Under the pieces are notes generated by a model. It did no database searches, was not told the origin of the DNA, and was given only the letters and a program-made list of their open reading frames with translations. A program made the translations under genes and the position numbers. DNA of 60,644 bases, taken from positions 1 to 60,644 of the forward strand of contig JBJTUH010000086.1 of assembly GCA_046080605.1 (NCBI GenBank). The letters are read 5' to 3'. Below are positions 1 to 7,239 of this stretch, one piece after another. The stretch is from Vampirovibrionales bacterium. Its GTDB lineage: Bacteria > Cyanobacteriota > Vampirovibrionia > Vampirovibrionales > JAJTHC01. Position 1 is the stretch's first letter, and each line of letters opens with the position of its first letter.

Positions 1-101
1 TGAGTGTAATTACACCCACATTGCTTGCATTTATATCGTTGTTTTTGGTTCATGGTACCGTTTTTAGTCGCCTCGGTACAGTGGCATTTCGGGCAATTCA
101 T
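1..101 (-). CDS. Transposase N-terminal zinc ribbon (IS1 InsA-like / IS1595-type), 3'-partial
   Basis: Manual translation gives MNCPKCHCTEATKNGTMNQKQRYKCKQCGCNYT..., matching the CPxC...KNG...QRYxCxxC pattern. Not in the ORF track because it is too short and runs off the edge. Confidence 0.8.
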   Translation of the reverse strand, partial: MNCPKCHCTEATKNGTMNQKQRYKCKQCGCNYT

Positions 102-140
102 GGCTCTATTATAACATAACTATGTTGAGGCACCAACGCC
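1..140 (-). mobile_element. Left end of an IS1-family-like insertion sequence (runs off the window edge)
   Basis: The minus strand from 140 reads GGCGTTGGTGCCTCAACATAGTTATGTTATAATAGAGCC-ATG: a GG-start terminus, an extended -10 (TGnTATAAT), then a zinc-ribbon transposase start. The SIR2 reading frame on + becomes recognisable right after 140. The exact end is inferred because the second IR is not in the window. Confidence 0.65.
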
Positions 141-141
141 G

Positions 142-1119
142 AAAAAAGAAATAGATTTTCTGCTAAAGATTCGTCCTCATGCTATTATCACAACTAATTA
201 TGATACCTTTCTTGAAAATATTTTTACTGAGTATGAACCTATTATTGGTGAAAAGGTATTAAGAAATCGACATGACTCAATAGGTGAAATATTTAAGATC
301 CATGGCTGTGTTACAGAACCTACAAGTTTAATTATAACTAAGTCAGACTATGATCAGTATTCTAAGAAAAAAAAGTACTTAAGTGCAAAACTTCTTACTT
401 ATTTCTTAGAACATCCACTTATCTTTATTGGGTACAGTGTTCAAGATGAAAATATCAAGGCATTACTCAGTGACATTAGTGAAGTTCTTGGAAATACTGG
501 AGAATTAATACGTAACGTATACATTGTATCTTGGAAGAGAAATCCAGAGGATTTACAAAAAAATTTGCAAAAAGAGATACTTATAGATACTGAGTGGGCT
601 AAGTCAATTAGGATTGGAAACATTTCAACAAGTGATTTTCATTGGGTCTATGAAGCATTAGTACCAGATACTCCTCTTGAAAAAGTATCAATGAAAACCC
701 TCAGAGCAATTATGGCTAGGAATGTTCAATTATTTCGTTGTGATATACCAAGGAATACTGTGCAAGTTAACATAAATAAGCTAACAGAAATAAGTGAGTC
801 TGAAGAACAGTATGCTAATGTATTTGGTGTCACCTTACTAGAGAATTCGGGGTCTCATCACCTACAGCATCCTTATACTCTAACTCAGGTTGCTAACAAA
901 TTAGGTCTAGAAAATTGGAGTGCTGCAGACAAGTTAATAAAAAAAATAGAAAGTACCAAAGATACTAATATCAAGAATAGCGATAATAAATATCATCAAC
1001 GTATAGGTACAGGTACAAAGGACAGTTCTTGCGTTCATAAGTATTCTGATGATTGTGTGGTGCTTCTGAGAAAAGTATTGAACGCTCAACCATATGAAAT
1101 ACAACTCCCCAGATTATAA
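142..1119 (+). pseudogene. SIR2-like (SIR2_2) NADase-domain protein, 5'-truncated by the IS
   Basis: Frame 1 is open from 115 to 1119 with no ATG before the domain: KKEIDFLLKIRPHAIITTNYD...FKIHG...LLTYFLEHPLIFIGYSVQDENI (TTNYD, KIHG and FIGYS motifs). Visibly more AT-rich than flanking DNA. The ORF track shows only the C-terminal 184 aa. Confidence 0.85.
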
Positions 1120-1235
1120 GCAAAACCTTAACTAGCAAGTGGAGGGTGTTATTTGGTGTTTCTTTTGGCATAAACTATAGAGATATCCTTTTGTTTTCTA
1201 CTGTCATAGCGTCTCGTATAGTACCAGAGAATCTT

Positions 1236-2246
1236 ATGAGTCAATCCTCCTACAAAGACTATTACAAAATGCTTGGCGTTTCTCGTCAAGCCTCCGAAAA
1301 AGAGATTAAAGCTGCATTCCGTAAACTTGCCAAAAAATACCATCCTGACGTAAACCCTCAAGCCTCTGACAAGTTTAAAGAGGTCAATGAAGCCTATGAA
1401 GTGCTTTCAGATACGGAGAAACGCCAGAAATATGACCAGTTTGGGCAGTACTATCAACAGCACCAATCAGGGGCAGGGGGTGGATTCCCTCAGGGTGGGG
1501 GCTTTGATTTTTCAGACATTCTTCGCCAATTTGGCGGACAAGCGGGCATGGGTGGAGGCTTCCCTGGGGGACATGGCGGCAGTGGCTTCTCAGACTTTTT
1601 TGAGATGCTCTTTGGCAATGCCGGAGGACACCCCGCACAGCATCAGCATCGTGCAGGCTACCAAGCCCAGCAAGCCTATTCACAAACCCGCCATGGACAC
1701 CAGGCTCACCACGCCCACGCTCAAGCGGTACAGCCTCAAGATACACAACAAACCGTGCCACTCCCTTTGCATTTTTTCCTTGAAGGCGGGAAACTTCAAA
1801 TCAGAAGTGTGGCAACTGGTGAAATGCACGAGGTGACCATTCCACCAAGGCTTACTCCAGGACATCGGATGAGGCTCAAACACCAAGGACAAATGAGTGC
1901 CTCAGGACAACGAGGGCATCTTGTTTTGATGCTTCAAGCAGTCCCTCATGCGGTATTTCAAGTGGAAGATACCTATCATCTTGTAAGAGAGGTTGAAGTG
2001 TCTTGGCTAAAACTCTTACTTGGTGGGGCGTTACAAGTGGAAACACTGGAAGGCAAGCAGATTGAAATCCCTTTACCACAAGGAGCCTCTATTCAAAAAC
2101 GCATTCGTTTGAAGGGACTAGGACTCTACAAAACCCAACAAGGTAGTGAACGAGGCGACCTGTATTTGAAGCTTATCCCTGTGTTTCCCACACGGCTTAC
2201 CTCAGAGCAACAGCATGCCTTAGAACAACTTCAGGGATTATTTTGA
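1236..2246 (+). CDS. DnaJ-class (type II, CbpA-like) co-chaperone
   Basis: J domain (KDYY...KYHPD...[10 protein letters not shown]-like), G/F-rich region, C-terminal DnaJ_C domain, no zinc finger. Start moved to ATG 1236. Confidence 0.92.
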   Translation: MSQSSYKDYYKMLGVSRQASEKEIKAAFRKLAKKYHPDVNPQASDKFKEVNEAYEVLSDTEKRQKYDQFGQYYQQHQSGAGGGFPQGGGFDFSDILRQFGGQAGMGGGFPGGHGGSGFSDFFEMLFGNAGGHPAQHQHRAGYQAQQAYSQTRHGHQAHHAHAQAVQPQDTQQTVPLPLHFFLEGGKLQIRSVATGEMHEVTIPPRLTPGHRMRLKHQGQMSASGQRGHLVLMLQAVPHAVFQVEDTYHLVREVEVSWLKLLLGGALQVETLEGKQIEIPLPQGASIQKRIRLKGLGLYKTQQGSERGDLYLKLIPVFPTRLTSEQQHALEQLQGLF

Positions 2247-2735
2247 CGCATCTGTTATAGTCATAAGCTTTGTGTTCAAGTACCGTAACAAGAAGGCATC
2301 TAGGCTAAGGTGTCCTCCTCCTACCATGGCAAGATGAGCCGTGCTTGCCAAAATGACCAAGGGGTACTCAAACCCTCCATCACGTGCAAACAGTCCACCC
2401 GAGAGGTGTACCACTAAAATAGCCACCACCATGGTGGAGGCAACCATCACAGCACCCAAACGTGTGAATAGCCCTAGGGTAAGGAGTATCCCTCCACCTG
2501 CTTCTGTCAGACCTGCCATGAGGGCTTGGAATGACGCTGGCTGTAGCCCCAGTTCAGCAAATTGTTTTGTGGTTTCGGGCAGCCCTCCACCTCCAAACGT
2601 CCCAAAAAGCTTATCAAGCCCATGGGCAATAAACACCATGCCTATGGCAAGACGTATGATAAGTAAGCCTATAGAAGAAAAACGCTGTGTGAGCTGTGTG
2701 AAACGTGCCACAAACGATAATAAAAAAGTCAACAT
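2238..2735 (-). CDS. DoxX family membrane protein (BufD-like partner of the MNIO cluster)
   Basis: [17 protein letters not shown]...E..GG.LL.LGLFTR...HL..G.....GGFEYPL...GGG.LSLD pattern, about 4 TM segments. Confidence 0.9.
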   Translation of the reverse strand: MLTFLLSFVARFTQLTQRFSSIGLLIIRLAIGMVFIAHGLDKLFGTFGGGGLPETTKQFAELGLQPASFQALMAGLTEAGGGILLTLGLFTRLGAVMVASTMVVAILVVHLSGGLFARDGGFEYPLVILASTAHLAMVGGGHLSLDAFLLRYLNTKLMTITDASK

Positions 2736-2860
2736 CAGGATACCCTTTTTCTAACAAGCCAGAGCTACCACTGTAAACACAACCAACCCGTTTCTGACAA
2801 AACGGTTATAGTCAAACCGCTACGTTGTCCCTTATACTATAGCAATCATGCTATGAGAAT

Positions 2861-2880
2861 GATGTTAGCTAGCTAACATC
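2861..2880. promoter_or_regulatory. Perfect 20-bp palindrome GATGTTAGCTAGCTAACATC; Crp/Fnr-type site TGTTA-N6-TAACA
   Basis: Centre at 2870.5. It lies 29.5 bp from an extended -10 (TGcTATAGT, minus strand, 2841-2836) facing doxX and 30.5 bp from TACAAT (2901-2906) facing the crp gene. Confidence 0.75.
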
Positions 2881-2924
2881 GTTTCAACCTCCATTACTCC
2901 TACAATGAGGCGAACCACATTCAT

Positions 2925-3698
2925 ATGAACACTTGGTATGTACAACACACTCAACTCACCGAACGACTCTCTGATGCAGAGCAAAGCCTATTCAAAACAG
3001 AGGGACTCGTGAAAATACTGGAAAAAGGACAATTTTTTCTACCCTCAGAAAGTGAGTACCCTGAAGGTATCCACATCATACTTAAAGGCTATGCAAAACT
3101 ACTTACCATGAACATGGAAGGTAAACGCTTTGCCATCTCGATTATGCAGCCTGGTGATTTTTTAGGACAACTCATTAAAGAGCCATCCGCACCCTCACAG
3201 GAACCTATACAGAACGAAGACTTTTTAGAGATGATGACGACAACCCATCTTTTATGTGTGAAGAAAGACACCTTTCAGCGGGTTGTCACCGAAAATCCAC
3301 AACTATGTATTCATGTATTACAGATGTTACAAGGCAAAACACAGGTATTTCATCGGAAGCTGTCTGACCTTCTATTTAAAGATGTCCACGCACGCATTGC
3401 TCAACTATTTTTGGATCTCACTTTTACGCATGGCAAGGAGTGTCCCTATGCCTTTGGATTAAAACGAGATTTACGGTTAAAGCATCATGAAATTGCAGAG
3501 CTAGTAGGTGCTTCACGTCCTGTGACCTCAATGACACTCAACCAGTTTTTAAAACAAGACCTCATTCATAAACATGATGGGCTGATTTGCTTAAATAACA
3601 TTCAAGGACTCCAACACGTGGCTCAACGGGGTGCCGTTGCCATGCCTATTGAAATGTACGCCTCTAAAGCTTCAATGAAACATGTGTATCCAGCCTAA
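2925..3698 (+). CDS. Crp/Fnr family transcriptional regulator
   Basis: cNMP-binding-like domain (G..KL...EGK....I..PGDFLG) and C-terminal HTH (LKHHEIAELVGASRPVTSMTLNQF). Confidence 0.93.
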   Translation: MNTWYVQHTQLTERLSDAEQSLFKTEGLVKILEKGQFFLPSESEYPEGIHIILKGYAKLLTMNMEGKRFAISIMQPGDFLGQLIKEPSAPSQEPIQNEDFLEMMTTTHLLCVKKDTFQRVVTENPQLCIHVLQMLQGKTQVFHRKLSDLLFKDVHARIAQLFLDLTFTHGKECPYAFGLKRDLRLKHHEIAELVGASRPVTSMTLNQFLKQDLIHKHDGLICLNNIQGLQHVAQRGAVAMPIEMYASKASMKHVYPA

Positions 3699-3715
3699 AT
3701 CCTCCTTAGGGATTT

Positions 3716-3731
3716 TGTTAGCTACCTAACA
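3716..3731 (+). promoter_or_regulatory. Second Crp/Fnr-type site TGTTAGCTACCTAACA upstream of the RiPP precursor
   Basis: 15/16 identical to the core of the 2861-2880 palindrome. Centre at 3723.5 is 29.5 bp before a -10-like TATGCT (3753-3758), i.e. about -41.5. Confidence 0.75.
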
Positions 3732-3843
3732 GCTTTTTTGTCTGAGAACTTCTATGCTATCCATGTTGGTATGAAAGAAAGTCACACCTGAGCTTCACCA
3801 ACTTATTGTGTATCACGTGATTGCTTAAAGGAATCTGTTTGTC

Positions 3844-4188
3844 ATGTTGTATAAATCTCTCGGATTATTTTCTGTTTTAGCATTATTACTTTCCGCTCAA
3901 GTAGCTCAAGCTTCTAGTAGTTCAAGCGCTTTGTTTGAACTTCAAGAAGTTCCTCATCTGTCCAATACCCATAGCACCCTCATTGCAGCGAAATGTGGCT
4001 CAGGTGCCTGCGGCAGCACCAGCAAATCAGACAGTGCTAAGGCACATGCTTGCGGGGCTAAAAATAAAAAAGGCAAGCACAGTACCCAGTGTGGCTCTAA
4101 GCAAAAAAAGGGTGATCATCCTCAACAGTGCGGTTCCAAGCAAAAGGAACAGCAGTGTGGTTCTCAAAGTAAAAAAGAAACCAACTAG
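3844..4188 (+). CDS. Secreted Cys-Gly-repeat RiPP precursor (HvfA/oxazolin-like)
   Basis: Sec signal peptide ending AQA. Six Cys, all as CG: KCGSGACG, HACG, TQCGSK, QQCGSK, QQCGSQ. Directly upstream of a DUF692 gene. Confidence 0.85.
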   Translation: MLYKSLGLFSVLALLLSAQVAQASSSSSALFELQEVPHLSNTHSTLIAAKCGSGACGSTSKSDSAKAHACGAKNKKGKHSTQCGSKQKKGDHPQQCGSKQKEQQCGSQSKKETN

Positions 4189-4218
4189 GTCTAATACTTG
4201 AAGCCCTATGCTTCAGCC

Positions 4219-4249
4219 AAGCGTTCAAAGTACAACCTTTTGAGCGCTT
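4219..4249 (+). other. Stem-loop between the precursor and MNIO genes (possible mRNA stabiliser or attenuator)
   Basis: AAGCGTTCAAAG...TTTTGAGCGCTT forms a 12-bp stem with two G-U pairs. Confidence 0.45.
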
Positions 4250-4278
4250 GTGCCTTTTACTTAAAGGTAGTCTCTCTC

Positions 4279-5151
4279 ATGTACTCTAGATTTTTAAACA
4301 CACTACAACATTTACCAAGATTAGGCTTTGGTCTTGGATTTAAGGAAACATACGGCAACGATCTTTTGCACCTAGCTGATGACACAGAATGGTCTCATCA
4401 AGTCGATTGGCTTGAAATTATTAGCGAAAATTATTTCAAGCCATCACACCATAGCCTTCAGCAACTACAGGCACTGCTTGAGGTTGGCTTCCCCATCATT
4501 CCGCACGGCGTTAATTTATCCTTAGGGAGCGTTACGCCTCTGAATACTGACTATCTTAAACATTTAGAAGCGCTTTTTACCCTCACGGAGCCTCTCTGGT
4601 TTAGTGATCATCTTTGCTTCTCCTCCTACGGAGGGCATCATGCGAATGACCTTTTACCCCTCCCTATCAATGAGGAAAGTGCCGAGCAGTGCATCAAGAA
4701 CATTTTGTATGTCAAAGAACGGTTTGACATCCCTTTTCTGGTAGAGCATGTTTCAACCTACATCGAAATGTGTGAACCAGGGTGGAACGAAGCCTCTTGG
4801 ATAAGATATATTGTACAAGAAGCAGATTGTGGTTTATTACTTGACCTCAACAATGTCTTCGTGAATACCCAAAATCATGGTGGCGATGCCTACCAATATA
4901 TTCATGCACTACCACTAGAACATGTCGTGGAAATCCATATGGCAGGTCATTTAAAAACCAAAGACCTCCTCATAGATACGCATGGAGAACCCATCTGTGA
5001 TGAGGTTTTTAGTCTTTTTTCTTATGCCCTCCCTCGATGCAAAAACCTTAAAGGCGTGCTGCTTGAACGAGATTCCCACCTGCCCAACTTTGAAGCCCTT
5101 TTAGCAGAATTGGCACAGCTGAGAATACTCCACTTAGAAAGCTGTACTTAG
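4279..5151 (+). CDS. DUF692 family multinuclear non-heme iron oxidative enzyme (MNIO; HvfB/BufB-like)
   Basis: Motifs GFGLG, WLEIISENY, HGVNLSLG, WFSDHL, LLLDLNN, EIHMAGH, IDTHG, LLERD. Start at ATG 4279. Confidence 0.93.
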   Translation: MYSRFLNTLQHLPRLGFGLGFKETYGNDLLHLADDTEWSHQVDWLEIISENYFKPSHHSLQQLQALLEVGFPIIPHGVNLSLGSVTPLNTDYLKHLEALFTLTEPLWFSDHLCFSSYGGHHANDLLPLPINEESAEQCIKNILYVKERFDIPFLVEHVSTYIEMCEPGWNEASWIRYIVQEADCGLLLDLNNVFVNTQNHGGDAYQYIHALPLEHVVEIHMAGHLKTKDLLIDTHGEPICDEVFSLFSYALPRCKNLKGVLLERDSHLPNFEALLAELAQLRILHLESCT

Positions 5152-5163
5152 AATATCACCCCG

Positions 5164-6033
5164 ATGACATCCTTTACTTTAGCACTGTATCAAAAACTGT
5201 GGCTCAGTTTGGCATTAGATCCTGATGCAGAAGACACTATCCTCAAAAACATCACAAGCTTTCAGACATGGCTACAAACCCAGCCCTATCTTGAAGCACA
5301 CTTCATAGAGGCATGTTTAACCATTCCTCTTGTAAGGTGGCAACAGTATGCCTTTATGGTCAAAGCGAACCTAGAAGATACATTGAAAAGCGTTTATCCT
5401 TACACGTTTCAGCTATTAGGGGATGAAACAAACGCCGTCATTCGACATTACCTTTTAACCTACCCTCCAACACACTACCTTTTTCTTGATTGCGTGGAAG
5501 CCTTTCCTGAAAGCCTCCAACAAAAAGAACCACGCCTCTTACATATGCCTTATTTAAAAGACCTTGCCCGCTACGAATGGGCAGAAGCGTGGCTACTGAA
5601 ACAAACTCCTACCCTCCACCTAACACCCATGCCTGATGCTGTTGAAGCATTTGAGAATTGCATTCCTAAACTTAACCCTCACCATTATGTACTCAGTAGT
5701 GAATATAATATACCCGCCATCGTGGCAGAGCTTCAAGCAAGACAGAACATGCATGAAGATAAGCCTATCTCTATTCACGTATTTGAACGAGTCTTCAATG
5801 ATATGAGCTGTGCAACACCTCTTTGGATCTACCTTGATACACAAGGCACATGTCGGTTTTATACCATGAATGCTTTGGTATTAAAGTTTCTCACCTCAGT
5901 CAAAGATAACCCCACTCTGTCTTATTTACAGCATTTTAAAGCAGTCTTGGGCTTGACCGTCTACGAGGAAAACACGCAACTGGCATGTATGAACCTCATA
6001 ACCTCTTTAAAGACCAATGATATTTTACTGTAG
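5164..6033 (+). CDS. DUF2063-like MNIO partner protein (HvfC/BufC-like, putative RRE)
   Basis: Y......L.DTL.SVYP.T..LLG......I..Y....PP...F.E.L......PYL.DLARYEWA pattern; immediately after the DUF692 gene. Confidence 0.85.
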   Translation: MTSFTLALYQKLWLSLALDPDAEDTILKNITSFQTWLQTQPYLEAHFIEACLTIPLVRWQQYAFMVKANLEDTLKSVYPYTFQLLGDETNAVIRHYLLTYPPTHYLFLDCVEAFPESLQQKEPRLLHMPYLKDLARYEWAEAWLLKQTPTLHLTPMPDAVEAFENCIPKLNPHHYVLSSEYNIPAIVAELQARQNMHEDKPISIHVFERVFNDMSCATPLWIYLDTQGTCRFYTMNALVLKFLTSVKDNPTLSYLQHFKAVLGLTVYEENTQLACMNLITSLKTNDILL

Positions 6034-6162
6034 TGAGGTTTCACCTGCTATCGTGCTTTATGATAGAATACGAGGGTAAAAAGTATACTCGCCATAGTAT
6101 GTACGCCCTTTTTTCTGCACATTATCACACACCTATCCCCCTATACCTAATCCCAGACACCC

Positions 6163-7239
6163 ATGACCAAGCGTGCCATTCTTCTTGTGAACCTAGGTGG
6201 GCCCGACTCGCTAGACGCTGTCCGCCCGTTTTTATATCAGCTGTTCTCTGACCCTGATATTTTTCAATTTCCTATGGGGTTTATCACCCAGAAGCTTTTT
6301 GCATGGATGGTGTCAAGTCGTCGTTATAAGGCAGCACAGGAAAACTATCAAGCCATTGGCGGACGTTCTCCTATTTTGCCTCTGACACAAGCACAAGCGG
6401 ATGCGTTAGCCTCTGTCCTGCATACAACCCCTGGTTATGAGGGGGTAAAGGTCTATGTTGCCATGCGTTACTGGCACCCTTTCACCGCTGAAGTGGTTGC
6501 CCAGATGGCACAAGATGGCATAGAAGATATTTTAATGCTTCCTTTATATCCACAATTCAGTTTTACAACCACAGGTTCTTCACTGAATGAATTAAAACGC
6601 TGTCTTAAAAAAGTACCACACTTTACGCCTCGCATTCGTGTCGTGGGACACTACTATCAGCACCCGAGTTATCTTGCAGCACTGGCTGAGACCATTCAAG
6701 AGGGTCTTTCACGAGGTCAGTGGTCTGTCCCAGAAAAAGACGTAAGGATTCTATTTTCAGCCCATAGTTTACCCAGAAGCTTCATCTCAAAACGGAAAGA
6801 CCCCTATCAACGTCACATTGAGACCACATGTCAAGCAGTGATGCACCATGCCTTTCCAGAACATACGTGGGATTTAGCCTATCAAAGTAAAGTAGGTAAA
6901 TTGGTATGGCTTGGGCCTCAAACCGATGGGATGTTGGCATATTATCGTGCGAAAGAGATAGATAATATTTTAATTGTGCCTGTGGCGTTTGTATCGGACC
7001 ATGTGGAAACCCTCTGTGAGATTGACCAAGAGTATATTCCTGAAGCACATCATTTAGGGCTATGCCATGTGGAACGATGCCCTTCATTGAACAGTCGTCC
7101 TACCTTTATCCATGCCTTAAAAACCATTCTCATGGAGAAAGACGTTAAACAAGGCATCTTCCCTACATCATCTGACACTTTTATCCCTCAAGCTGCGACA
7201 CCTCATGCACACCCAGCCCTTACCCCAAGCACGGTTTGA
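6163..7239 (+). CDS. hemH: Ferrochelatase
   Basis: LLVNLGGP, IGGRSP, AMRYWHP, LPLYPQFS, FSAHSLP, YQSKVG, FVSDHVETL motifs. Confidence 0.97.
   Translation: MTKRAILLVNLGGPDSLDAVRPFLYQLFSDPDIFQFPMGFITQKLFAWMVSSRRYKAAQENYQAIGGRSPILPLTQAQADALASVLHTTPGYEGVKVYVAMRYWHPFTAEVVAQMAQDGIEDILMLPLYPQFSFTTTGSSLNELKRCLKKVPHFTPRIRVVGHYYQHPSYLAALAETIQEGLSRGQWSVPEKDVRILFSAHSLPRSFISKRKDPYQRHIETTCQAVMHHAFPEHTWDLAYQSKVGKLVWLGPQTDGMLAYYRAKEIDNILIVPVAFVSDHVETLCEIDQEYIPEAHHLGLCHVERCPSLNSRPTFIHALKTILMEKDVKQGIFPTSSDTFIPQAATPHAHPALTPSTV

Noticed and set aside
1120-1160. Possible integron attC site after the SIR2 gene (CCTTAAC...GTTATTT)
   Set aside because: Neither end fits RYYYAAC/GTTRRRY, the spacing is far too short, and there is no internal palindrome.
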